Assembly: GCA_964016885.1 (NCBI GenBank)
Contig: OZ024744.1
Span: 6,324,001 to 6,388,000, forward strand
DNA: 64,000 nt
Direction: 5' to 3'
DNA from: Eledone cirrhosa
Taxonomy: Eukaryota
Positions 42,901 to 55,160 of the stretch are shown here, in pieces. The translations under genes were made by a program, and so were the position numbers. The first letter of the stretch is position 1. Each line of letters opens with the position of its first letter. The notes beneath the pieces are model-generated. The model was not told where the DNA came from, made no database searches, and worked only from the letters and a program-made list of their open reading frames with translations.

Positions 42901-45258
42901 TAGCATAGGCTGTCCACAATTCAAGATAGTCAGCTACACGGACTACAAATTCGTGATCTGTGTGCTTGACTTAGATAGGCTTCATAGACGAGGACCCGGC
43001 TACTGGAAGCTAAACGCGTCCTTACCAGCGCGCAAGGCCTACAGAGACCGGATTAGCGAACTAGTTAAGCGGGCGTTGATGGGGGCCATCGTCAACAACA
43101 AGTGGTGGTTTGCTCTGAAAAGAGCGATTAGAATAGAATCCATTAGGTTTAGTAAGGCTTTAGCAATAGAGAAAAATAGAGCAGAGGGAGAATTAGTTAG
43201 AAAATTAGACGAGGCGCTTAGCAAAGGCATTGCGACCGACGTACTTGCGGCGAAATTGGCCCTTGACCAATTCTTCAATGCAAAGCACGAAGGCTGCGTT
43301 GTCAGAGCTAGGGTGCGTGTTCTCAGACACGAAGGAACGAAAGCCGTTCAATGGGCCCGAGTGGCGGAGGCGCGTCGTGGCAACAAAGCCACGATCCGGT
43401 CTTTGGTGGACCACGACGGGCGCATGCTACTCGATCCCGGGCAAATGTGTGAAGCTTTTCAGCGACACTTCGCTCAGCTGTTGGGTGGCAGCGGTGGGCC
43501 TGGTCGAGGGATGGACTTTAGTGTCTACCTCGACGGACTGCCGCTGCTTTCGGCCACTGAGGCGGAGTGTTGCGAAAAGCCGATAACAGCCGCTGAAGTA
43601 CGGGAGGCAATGACTGGCTGCACAAGGGGTAAATCGCCTGGTTTGGATGGTCTGCCCTATGAAATTTACGTACAGATGCCAGACTTGTTCGGAGGCCTCT
43701 TGGCGGACGTCTACTGCAACTGGCAGCAGAACGGGAGAATTCCCAGATCTGTGAGCCGAGGAGCTGTGGCACTGCTGAGAAAGGATCCGAACAAGGGGGA
43801 TAACATAGATAATTTCACGCCAATAACTCTACTAAACACAGAGTTCATGATTTTGGCAAAGAGGTTGGCGCTTGTCGTTGGTGGTCTGGTGGGAGAGGCG
43901 CAGACATGCGCCATTGCCGACAGATCCATCCACGACAACCTCCACCTCATGCGATACATCGTAGAGAGGGTAGCTAGGGAACGTGGCACGGGTGGGTCCT
44001 TGATCAATTTAGATCAGTCGAAAGCTTTCGATAGGGTCGACCATCGTTACCTAGCGGCAATCTTGAGGGCGGCTGGCTTTGGGCCCGTCTTCAGAGGCTG
44101 GATCCCTGCCATGCACAGCAGCATCTGCTCTGTGGTGAGAGTGAACGGTCACCCTTCGGAACCGTTCAACATCATGCGCTCGGCCCGCCAATGATGTCCC
44201 CTCTCGTCCCTATTGTACGTATTGACTCTCGAGCGATTACTGCACAAACTGGAGACGTTGAGCGGGGTCCCGCGCGAACTAGGATGCGGAAGATCCCTGT
44301 GAGCATATGCGGACGATGTCACCGTAGTGGTGCCGAACGCCAACACATCGAGGTAATCGGCACTACACTAAGAGAATACGAAGCGGTGACAGGAGCAATG
44401 ATCAACCAGGAAAAGTCAGTGGGCCTGCAGCTCGGCACCTGGAGAGGCAGGTCTATGCCGTCCAACAGCGTCGTCGGACGCTGGACGGACGGACCGGTTA
44501 AATTGCTAGGGGTCTGGTTCGGTCCGGACCTCCAGACGGACAAAAACTGGGACGAGGTGACGAGCAGGGTGGCTTCTCTCACCCAGAAATGGGCGGAGAG
44601 GAAGCTATCCCTGAAAGGTCGCACGCACTCGTCCAGTGTCCGAAAATTGCTGACTTGTGGGTTTATGTCGAACACCTGCTGTCGCGTGTAGGACGGATCC
44701 GGCTATCATCTGAGTCCATCGTGAGGATTGCCCCGCCCTCTTCCTTTAGCCGGGAAGGGCAGGCAGTTTTTATCTGTCTGGTGGCCATGGCGAAAGATAT
44801 AGTATGGTGGACACGTTTGAAAGGGCTGAAGACGAACACTTACCTCTTCGGTGATGCCCTCATTGACTTTTTCAAATTTCATTTGAAAAGGAAAATCAGA
44901 GTAGAGAGGGAAGTGCTCTCTTCCCAGCATTTTGTTGAAAGATGGGTGAGAGAGGCAAGAATGGCCCGAGTGAATGGGCCTACTCTGAGTATGTGTCTGT
45001 AAATTAAAGGTGGAAAACTGGGAGAGGGCACTTGCCCTGATGGTCAGGGTCACTGTGGGGCCTTTTAATGGGCTTTCTCCACAAATGTCCCTCCGAAGTC
45101 TCACCCCCCCCTATTGGGGAATTTTTCATTGTTATTTTTTTGTTACATCCTCTGTTTTTGTTTTCTTACACCCAGAAATGCCCATTTGTACCGTCCTGTA
45201 TTGTCCTACACTGTCCTTAATGTCTATTTTATGTAAACCCTTGTGGTTAATAAAGAAA

Positions 45259-45311
<53 letters not shown>
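39972..45311 (+). mobile_element. Tx1/L1-like LINE copy C (internal deletions at ~42438 and ~44621)
   Basis: ORF1 40187-42294 with CFRCGSKTHLRAFC; ORF2 42330-45002 with INARGL, GDWN, KSPGLDG, AFDRVDH, AYADDV; AATAAA at 45249; (ATT)n tail. Confidence 0.9.
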
Positions 45312-48300
45312 GGCGACCTACGTAGGAAATCGTATTATCGTGAGCTCCGCAAAGGTTTGTTGTTTTCAGTTGTTTCAAATTGCCAGTTATGGAAACTTTT
45401 TGTTGTTAAGTGTTTATAAGTTCACATATATTGCTTTCTGAAAAGGACACTCAAAAAGATTGGGGCCTTGAACCCAAAATTTAAACTTTTATAATTCTCT
45501 CACAAAAACTTTCTTTGAAAAAAACATAGACGACTCTCAGCCACACAAAGCTGACAGTCTTCCTCACAAACTAACACCTCACACCAATACCACCATTGTA
45601 AATATTACTACGTTTGCCAACACTAAAAATATAAGCAGTGGCAATAATTTAAATTTGTCTCATGCAGACATACATTTCCCGCCATTACCAATAACTGCAG
45701 GCGTTAAAGCCGCCACCCCCACCACCACCACAGCGACAACAGAAACAAAGAAAAATAAATTATGATCTCGTGACATCGAAATGGATTCACCCAGAATCGA
45801 CTCTTCAACACCGAACACCACTGAAACTAAAAATAACAATAACAAAAATAACAATAACAACAACAGCAACAACAACAATGAGAATAAAAACAAAACCATC
45901 AACACCAGCGCAAATGTGTCGTTTGCCAAAGCAGCCAAGAAAAGCGAAGCAATCCACGTAAGCCAGGATGAATTAAATGAAGCCAAGTGAATGGTAAAAA
46001 AAGATGGATCAGCCTCACCCCACCCCACCTAATAAAATTGAGCAACGTCGCCTATGCACCGTGTCTTATCGGACGATAAACATAAAATCACGTCGAGTGG
46101 AACGGGCATCCGTGTCCCAAATACAAAACGCTTTAGGACATGTGTGGGCGAAAAAAAACCCACATCAGTCGTGGGCAGAAATATGGAATCGTGGACGTGT
46201 TCTTTGGAACACAGCAGGAAGCCAGAGAGTACACCATGGCCCCATTAAGAAGCGACGTCTTCACACTCATCCCAAGCTATTGTCGCCAGAGACTCGTGAA
46301 GATCAGGGTGACCCACGTTCCACCGGCCCTCAAAATTCCCTGGCTAATGGCTGCCGTCCACCCGGCATCGAGTCCAACACCAAAATAATTGAAATAACAA
46401 AAGAAAAGCAGGAGAACTGGTCCGGATCTGGGATGGAGCTCCTGATCCAAGCGGACCAAAAAAGCATTGAGGAAATCCCAGAGGTAATAGACCTCCCTGA
46501 CGGCAGCCACCTCACCGTAATCGTCGAGGGCAGAAGGCCTCGGTGTGTCGTTTGTGGTGAAGGAACGCACCTAAAGGATTTCTGCCCTCAGGCTAAACGG
46601 TTGAGGCCACCACTCTTACCCACCCCAGTGACTCAACCATCAACATCACCAGCAGCAGAAATGGCAGCAACAACTGTAGCAGCAACAACAGAAGCAACTG
46701 TAACAGCAACAACCCCAGCAACAGTAGCAACACCAACACCACCACCACTCAACGCGCCAGAACTAGCACCAGCGCCTACAACATCCACCACGCCACAGCT
46801 AAAACCAACGCCTGTGGAGGATTTTCCACTCCCCGACCTATCGCAACTGAATACAGATTGTGACGACGAGGAGTGGGAAACGGTATCAGGAAAAAAGAAA
46901 AAAAGAAAAAAAGAAAAAGAAGCCAAAAAAGAAAAAAATCCTCTTCCTTCCCCTTCCAAAAACAAAATACAGAGGGAAACAAATAAACTATCAAACAACA
47001 AAGTTAGGACAGCTATGCCACCATCCACACCAGCATCACCAACCCCATCACCACAAACACCAACACCATCATTAACCCCAACACCACCATCACCAACACC
47101 ACAAAAGTCACCAAAAAGCGAAACAGAAACAAACCCACAACAAACGCAAACAAAACAAAAGAACCAAAACGATACACACTACACAGCATTTACACTACAT
47201 CCAACACAACACCAGCATCACAGAAAAAGACTACACAACACCCCAAAAGTTCACACCTCCTCCACACATACAAATCACTCGCATCACACAGAAAACGTAC
47301 ACGACACTAAAACAAAAATTCCCCAAAGACATCGGAGACTTCCGACAAGCACTCTCCAGGAGGATTTATAAGGACATCCTTCCGGGGGAGGTCACAGGCA
47401 GTGAAAAGGATGGAGTAACCATCCTTCCTCTACGAGAAGTAAGGTAAGTGGTCTTTCCCATCTTTTCCACTCCATTTCATCATGACCTCACTCAGAATAG
47501 GCAGCATAAATGCGCGTGGCTTGTGGTCGTCATGGAAGGAGGGCCAGCTGCTCAACGACCTCAGATCACTAAACATAGATGTAGTGGCCATCAGCGAGAC
47601 CAGAATCTCCGAAGCACGGGCCTTCGCACCGATCTTCGGCGGCTACGATGTGTACGCATCTCCCAGCCCTCCTGGATCGGGGTGTGTGTGTGTGGGGGGG
47701 GGGGGAGTTGCTGTGTTTTACGGAGAGGTTTGGATCTCTCCATACGGGCCATCTTCCTGGACCCAGAAGGTAAGTTGGTGGTGCTGGACATGACCAGCGG
47801 AGACGGGCAAGATTTCAGGCTAGTGGCCGTCTATGCCCCGACAGGAGCAGGGCGGCCTGATTTCTTCCGGCGTCTGTAGACCTTTCTTGGAACGTCCCGC
47901 TCTTTAGTGTTAGTGGGCGACTGGAACGGGATCTTATGATGCACGCTGGAACTGTGTGGGATTAGCGGATAGGGGTGGAGGGTGCAAGAGCCTCACCGAC
48001 CTGCTCAGGCGTTTTGAACTGTCTGACAGGTACCGATTGGATTTCCCGAATGTGCCAATGTGAACTTGCACAAATAGCATAGGGTCATCCAGATCATATC
48101 TAGATAGAGTATTTTGTAGGTAAATAGATAGGTCTAGCATAGGCTGTCCACAATTCAAGATATTCATCTACACGGACCACATATTTGCGATCTGTATGCT
48201 TGATTTAGATAGGCTTCATAGACGAGGACCCGGCTACTGGAAGCTAAACGCGTCCTTACCAGCGCACAAGGCCTACAGAGACCGGATTAGTGAACTAGTT

Positions 48301-49967
48301 AAGCGAGCGTTGACGAGGGCCATCGTCAACAACAAGTGGTGGTTTGCTCTGAAAAGAGCAATTAGAATAGAGTCCATTAGGTTTAGTAAGGCTTTAGCAA
48401 TGGAGAAAAATAGAGCAGAGGGAGAATTAGTTAGAAAATTAGACGAGGCGCTTAGCAAAGGCATCGCGACCGACGTACCTGCGGCGAAATTGGCCCTTGA
48501 CCAATTCTTCAATGCAAAGCACGAAGGCTGCGTTGTCAGAGCTAGGGGGCGTGCTCTCAGACAGGAGGTGAAGAAAGCCGTTCAATGGGCCCGAGTGGCG
48601 GAGGCGCGTTGTGGAAACAAACCACGACCCAGTCTTTGGTGGACAACGACGGGCGCATGCTACTCTATCCAGGGAAAATGTGTGAAGCTTTTCAGCGACA
48701 CTTCGCCTGACCGTCGTACCTTGTCCTAAGCCTCGCCTGAGTGCGCTGGAGCGTTTGGTCTTTCGCCTTTTGTGGAAGGGACGCGCTCCGATGGTCAGGC
48801 GGTCCATCTGCTGTCAACACCCGCTACGTGGAGGGCTGGGCATGCCGTGGCTGATGATGCGCAGACACGCACTCAGGCTACGACATCTCCACCTCTTCCT
48901 CGACGGTGATCAGGTGTGATCGCCGCTTGCTAGAAGCGTCTTTGCCCCGCTTGTCTCCTTGACGGAGCTGCAGTCCTAGGTCCAGCGAATACCGAGAGGG
49001 AGCGCTTGGAGACTGAAATGTCTTCAGGCGCTCACAGACCTCGACCAATGTGAATGGTGGAAACTCCACCTTCTGCTTCTATAGAGGATTAGTGGAGGGG
49101 AAGAGCGACGACGTACTTGGGGAAACTCTAGGCGTCGACGAACATCAACTAGCCAATCTCTTCGGGAGAACTTTCGGGCCGGGGCCTATGGACAAATTCC
49201 AGAAAACCCTGGCCTGGCAGCGCTACCGAGGAGCTTTGCCAGTTCGGGATAAACTCTACAGGCATGGAGGTGTCGTCACGCGGGCATGTCCGAGATGCGC
49301 GCAGGGTGACGAAACCGTCCTGCACGCACTTGTCCAGTGTCCGAGCATTGCTGACTTGTGGGTTTATGTCAAACACCTGCTGTCGCGTGTAGGAATGATC
49401 CAGCTATCAGCTGAGTCCATCGTGAGGATTGCCCCGCCCCCTTCCTTTAGCCGGGAAGGGCAGGCAGGTTTTATCTGTCTGGTAGCCATGGCGAAAGAGA
49501 TAGTATGGTGGACACGTTTGAAAGGGCTGAAGACGAGCATTTACCTCTTCGGTGATGCCCTGATTAACTTTTTCAAATTTCATTTGAAAAGGAAAATCAG
49601 GGTAGAGAGGGAAATGCTCTCTTCCCAGCATTTTGTTGAAAGATGGGTGAGAGAAGCAAGTATGGCCCGAATGAATGGGCCTTCTCTGAGTATGTGTCTG
49701 TAAATTAAAGGTGGGAAACTGGGAGAGGGCACTTGCCCTGGTGGTCAGGGTCACTGTGGCTTTTTTAATGGGCTTTCTCCACAAATGTCCCTCGGAAGTC
49801 TCCTCCACCCCGTATTGGGGAATTTTTTCATTGTTCTATTATTACTCCTCTGTTTTTTTACACGCAGAAATGCCCATGTATTGTCCTGCACTGTCCTTAA
49901 TGTCTACTTTATGTAAACCCTTGTGGTTAATAAAGAAACCATTATTATTGGTATTATTATTATTATT

Positions 49968-50004
<37 letters not shown>

Positions 50005-50035
50005 TTGTTGTTGTTGTTGTTGTTGTTATTATTAT
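45312..50035 (+). mobile_element. Tx1/L1-like LINE copy D (RT core deleted at ~48705)
   Basis: ORF1 ~45528-47447 with CVVCGEGTHLKDFC; ORF2 47482-49703 nearly identical to copy C where shared; (ATT)n/(GTT)n tail. Confidence 0.9.
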
Positions 50036-50107
50036 AAAAAGGACGATATGTTATGTCTTCGTTCTATCCGTATAGATCTAACCCGACTCTGGAATCAAAA
50101 ATTCTTC

Positions 50108-50142
<35 letters not shown>

Positions 50143-50501
50143 AAATGAGGGGCTCATTCTACTGACATGGCTTTAAAATTAGGGTTGTTTGCATAATTGC
50201 AAACGAATCGAATGTTATGATTAATATTGGAAAAACTCGGATTACATTTATATATATATATATTTATATACTTGGGGAGGGTCATATTTGCATAATATTG
50301 CCAGAATTAATAACAGAACACACTCACTGTTTGGTTGGTTTTCGCTTCTCGCTGTCTTTTATATCTGCGATCTAACTTACTCGGTCCTCAATGTTGCCAT
50401 TGACTGACCGACGGTCAAAAATAATACAGATTCAATATAGACACAAACACATATATATAGTTTACATAATTTACATAAATCTTTCGTTGCACATCTGCAA
50501 C

Positions 50502-50826
50502 ATCGTCAGTGGTGTTATATTCTTTGTTCCTCCTGTTGTGTCTATATTGTATCTGTATTATTTTTGACCGTCGGTGGTGTTATATTCTTTGTTCCTCCTG
50601 TTGTGTCTATATTGTATCTGTATTATTTTTGATCGTCAGTGGTGTTATATTCTTTGTTCCTCCTGTTGTGTCTATATTGTATCTGTATTATTTTTGATCG
50701 TCAGTGGTGTTATATTCTTTGTTCCTCCTGTTGTGTCTATATTGTATCTGTATTATTTTTGATCGTCAGTGGTGTTATATTCTTTGTTCCTCCTGTTGTG
50801 TCTATATTGTATCTGTATTATTTTTG
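50502..50826. repeat. 65-bp tandem repeat x5 between the inverted pLTR arms
   Basis: Units start at 50502, 50567, 50632, 50697, 50762. Confidence 0.95.
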
Positions 50827-52206
50827 ACCGTCGGTCAGTCAATGGCAACATAGAGGACCGAGTAAGTTAGATCGCAGATATAAAAGACAGCGAGAAGCGA
50901 AAACCAACCAAACAGTGAGTGTGTTCTGTTATTAATTCTGGCAATATTACACAAATATGACCCTCCTCAAGTATAACAATATCTGTTTCGACACACGATT
51001 TCATATAAAAAACCTCGCTAAACTAATTCATCGCCGCTACGGCATTAGCTTGTGCCAAGCTGAAAGGTTATTGAAAGACATTGTTTTCTGTTATATAAAA
51101 ACTACAATAACAACAGAACAAATCCGCTTCTTAAAACACTGTTTCCTCCAAAACATACACAACAAACATATCAAAACAAGTAAATAATTTATTATTGAAC
51201 AAAACACAAGCCGAACGGCTAAAACACACAATAACAGTTAATATGAAAAGAACAACATACACAAAAGTCAACGCACTCTACAGACATAAACGCATCAACG
51301 GTAAGGAAATCCGAAATCTCATCACAGCAAACGAGAGAGATGACTTCACGACGTGAAACGAAATACGCTCGAAACGAATGCAATAGGCATTTCAAGAAGA
51401 AATTAGAATGGATGAATAAGAAAAAACTACAAGAAAGGAAAATCGAATATTCTCAAAAATACCCAGATAACATCAACAATATCCGTATGAGTGATGTAAA
51501 ACTACCGGAAGAATTTACCAATGACCACACAGTAAATATCTATGGGAACACTTTAATCAGTGAACAAGAACAACAAATCCTAAGGTTACCACCAAAATTT
51601 GCCATCTACAAAAAGATTAACCCTATTGAGTGCAACACGGAGCTGGAAAAGTGTTTCACAAAAATACGTTGGAATGCAAAGGTAAACAACAACAACAATA
51701 ATAACGGTAGTATTAATATAAACAATAACTCTGGGTATAGAAATAACAGCCATAACCATAACAATGGCAGGAAAGTGAGAAATAGTGATAATGGCAATAA
51801 TACTAGCGATAGACGGAACAACAACAACCACAATAATAATAATAATAGAAACGTTAACCACAGACACAGCAACAGTGACCACAGTAGTAATAACGGTAAC
51901 AATACGAACAACAACAACAATAACCACAGTGGTAATAATGGAAATAGTACATGTAGCAACATCAACAAAAACAAGTAACATAATAATAGTAACAACCACA
52001 ATGGTAGAAATAACAGTAACAACAACAATAACGGTGAAGTAAACAACAATACATCTAGCAATCATAACAATAATAATAATGCTAATGATAGAAACAACAA
52101 CAACCACCATGAAAACAATAATAGCAACACACACAACTATGACGATAGATATAACGACAACCCCTTAGAGAAACTATTTTTCAACCCAGCTGACAAAACA
52201 TATAAG

Positions 52207-54555
52207 ATGGGTAATATCTATCCCTTTAATAAAAGAGTTTGCATACCACAGCAAATAGATGACGAGACGGAGGCGCAGTTCACCATAGCTAGAAATAAGA
52301 TTAGACAAGTAGTAGACAGGTATACTATGAGACAGAGCAGACCAGAGGCCCAACAACTTGGGAGAAAACCTGTAGAAGGCTTGGTTAGCCTCAAGCAGCG
52401 CACAAGGGATGGTGAGGTAGTGTGTCTACCCACAGATAAGTCTGGTAGGATGTCAATAGATAGCATGCCGAACTACATCGAGGCTATGCAACCCCACATC
52501 ACCAACACGAGCGAAGTTGCACAACAAACACACGATGGGAGAGAAAAAATCCTCAACGCTCACATGATGATGTGGACTGACATCCTAAAGCCAAGCAGAC
52601 GCACTGCCAACAACTTCCAGGCGTCTAACAATGGCATACCACCTTTGTATGGGCTCCACAAAGACCACAAGACAGTCGACGACCCGACAACAGGACCACC
52701 AACAAGACCCGTATGCGGAGCTAATATAGCTAGCAACTACAGGATCTCCTACTTCCTCTCAATGGTTATACGCCCCATAATGAAGATGTCCCCAGATGTA
52801 TGTGAAAGTACAGAGGACCTCCTCAGCAGAATCAGTGAGTGCAACAAAAACAGGAGCCTATCCAACTGCATAATAGGCAGCATGGATGTGGTGTCACTGT
52901 ACCCATCCATTAACATTGATTTTTCTGCGAAAAGATGTGTGGAGATGATCATTGAGAGTGAGGTGGAGTTCTGCGACGTCGACACAGACGAACTGGGCCT
53001 CCTACTTAGACTTACCTACGACACTGACTACCTAGACAGCCATGACCTTAGATGTTTCTGCCCTAGTAGACCTATAAGAGGTAGACCCCCCACCATAACC
53101 TCAATGGCTAAAAAGACTCCCATAGGAAGGTGGATTGGGTGGACCAAAGCTATACGGACCCCCCAAAACACTGATCAGGTAAGAAAAATGGTCGCACATG
53201 CAATAGGGGCTAGTATCAAAACTACCCTAAAGGGCCACATATTTAAGTTCAATGAGAAAATCTACACCCAAAATGAGGGAACAGCCATCGGCGTCAGCAT
53301 GACTGGTGATGTTGCCAACCTTTTCATGGTATGGTGGGAAAGGAGACTTAAAGCTCTCCTTAATGAAAGCTCCATAGACCTCATCATGTACTCTCGTTAT
53401 GTAGACGATATCAATATAGATATAAGAACACCCCCACTAGAGAGCACTAACAAGTTTGATTTAGAACGTAGCACGATGGAAAGCATCCAGCAGATAGCTA
53501 ATTCCATACACCAGAGTATAACTGTAACTATCGACTTCCCTTCCAAACACCCTAACAATAGACTACCTGTATTAGACACAGAACTCTGGATTAACACTAT
53601 AGACGAGAGAGCCCAAATTCTCCACTCACACTATGCTAAACCCATGGCCTCCAAATACCTGATACTCAAAAACTCAGCAATGTCCAGTAGTGCTAAGTTT
53701 AATATTCTGATCGCAGATTTGGTACGAGTGATGAAGAATGTGTCCAGCATGTGCGACCCAACAGAAATGGAAGGACACATCCAACACTTCATCAACCGCA
53801 TGCAGTTCTCTGGCTACAACCAAAGAGACAGAGTCAGAGTATACGAAGGAGCCATGGAAAAGTATAAGACCCTCATAGAACTGGACATGAAAGGAATTTG
53901 CCCACTATACAGGAGCAAATCATGGAATAGCTTAGATAGGGCTAGACATAAGATAGGGAAGGCCACATCATGGTACGACAACCAGAGATACCAGAGTGTC
54001 ATGTTTGTGGACGCCACCCCTGGAGAGAAATTAGCTAACCAGTGTAGAAAGGCCCTGAGAAAGACCCACTTAAAAATAAAGGTGGTAGAAAAGCCAGGAA
54101 CCACCATAAAATCCCTGATCAGCAAAACCTACCCTTTTAAGAAAACCCACTGTACCAATAGGAAATGTATCATATGTAAGGTGAACCCCCGGATAAACTG
54201 TAAAACTAGAAACGTAGTCTATAGCATAAGATGTACAGAGGGTACTTGCAGAAACATGACAACAATATACATAGGTGAGACAGCTCGTAGCACAGGTGAA
54301 AGGATAGACCAACACTGGGGGGAACTAAAAGGACGAAAAAACGGGTCAGTACTATACGAACATGCTAGACAACAACATGACGGTAACATAGACAACATAG
54401 AAATTAGAATAATATCTAAACATAGGAATGACCCAGCAGATAGGCAAATCAGAGAGGCCAGTGAAATAGAAATTAGAAGACCAAAGCTAAACAGAAAGAA
54501 TGAGTGGAACAACAACAACACCCAAACAAACAACACTGACCTAAGAGAAGTATAA
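52207..54555 (+). CDS. Penelope-like RT + GIY-YIG endonuclease (782-aa open part; disrupted N-terminus begins at 50957)
   Basis: TDKSG, LYGLHKDHK, RPVC, SMDVVSLYPSI, GTAIG, RYVDD, LPVLD, CxxxxCxxC linker, VVY..C...YIGETAR..R..QH, REA, LNRK. Confidence 0.9.
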   Translation: MGNIYPFNKRVCIPQQIDDETEAQFTIARNKIRQVVDRYTMRQSRPEAQQLGRKPVEGLVSLKQRTRDGEVVCLPTDKSGRMSIDSMPNYIEAMQPHITNTSEVAQQTHDGREKILNAHMMMWTDILKPSRRTANNFQASNNGIPPLYGLHKDHKTVDDPTTGPPTRPVCGANIASNYRISYFLSMVIRPIMKMSPDVCESTEDLLSRISECNKNRSLSNCIIGSMDVVSLYPSINIDFSAKRCVEMIIESEVEFCDVDTDELGLLLRLTYDTDYLDSHDLRCFCPSRPIRGRPPTITSMAKKTPIGRWIGWTKAIRTPQNTDQVRKMVAHAIGASIKTTLKGHIFKFNEKIYTQNEGTAIGVSMTGDVANLFMVWWERRLKALLNESSIDLIMYSRYVDDINIDIRTPPLESTNKFDLERSTMESIQQIANSIHQSITVTIDFPSKHPNNRLPVLDTELWINTIDERAQILHSHYAKPMASKYLILKNSAMSSSAKFNILIADLVRVMKNVSSMCDPTEMEGHIQHFINRMQFSGYNQRDRVRVYEGAMEKYKTLIELDMKGICPLYRSKSWNSLDRARHKIGKATSWYDNQRYQSVMFVDATPGEKLANQCRKALRKTHLKIKVVEKPGTTIKSLISKTYPFKKTHCTNRKCIICKVNPRINCKTRNVVYSIRCTEGTCRNMTTIYIGETARSTGERIDQHWGELKGRKNGSVLYEHARQQHDGNIDNIEIRIISKHRNDPADRQIREASEIEIRRPKLNRKNEWNNNNTQTNNTDLREV

Positions 54556-54834
54556 ATAAGTAAATAAAATAAAATAAAATAAGATAAATAAATACATACA
54601 CAAGCACAATAACAACAAGCACATAAACACACACTAGTCACCAAGCAGACACAACACTATACACACTAGTCATACAGCACACATAACACTATACACACAC
54701 GCAAACGCATGCGCAAAGAAGACAAAATAAAATAAGATAAACAAACAAGCAAATAAATAAATAAATATATAGACAGACTGAATAAAAAATGGCGTAGACA
54801 TACAACACAACAGGAGGAACAAAGAATATAACAC

Positions 54835-54873
54835 CACTGACGATGTTGCAGATGTGCAACGAAAGATTTATGT
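54835..54873 (+). ncRNA. Minimal hammerhead-like motif in the 3' pLTR (mirrored on - strand at ~50473-50511)
   Basis: CTGACGA-T-GTTGCA(GATG)TGCAAC-GAAA-GATT-TA; stem I is weak (2 bp). Confidence 0.5.
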
Positions 54874-55078
54874 AAATTATGTAAACTATATATATGTGTT
54901 TGTGTCTATATTGTATCTGTATTATTTTTCACCGTCGGTCAGTCAATGGCAACATTGAGGACCGAGTAAGTTAGATCGCAGATATAAAAGACAGAGAGAA
55001 GCGAAAACCAACCAAACAGTGAGTGTGTTCTGTTATTAATTCTGGCAATATTACGCAAATATGACCCTCCCCAAGTAT

Positions 55079-55154
<76 letters not shown>

Positions 55155-55160
<6 letters not shown>

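Larger units (their letters stand above)
50267..55086 (+). mobile_element. Penelope-like element with inverted 5' pLTR, partial direct pLTR and 3' pLTR, inserted in (AT)n
   Basis: 50267-50541 is the reverse complement of ~54805-55079; 50797-50983 is a direct repeat of ~54901-55086; RT+GIY-YIG ORF between; (AT)n on both flanks. Confidence 0.92.

Noticed and set aside
50855-50925. pLTR intron (GTAAGT/GTGAGT donors)
   Set aside because: No convincing acceptor could be identified by eye.
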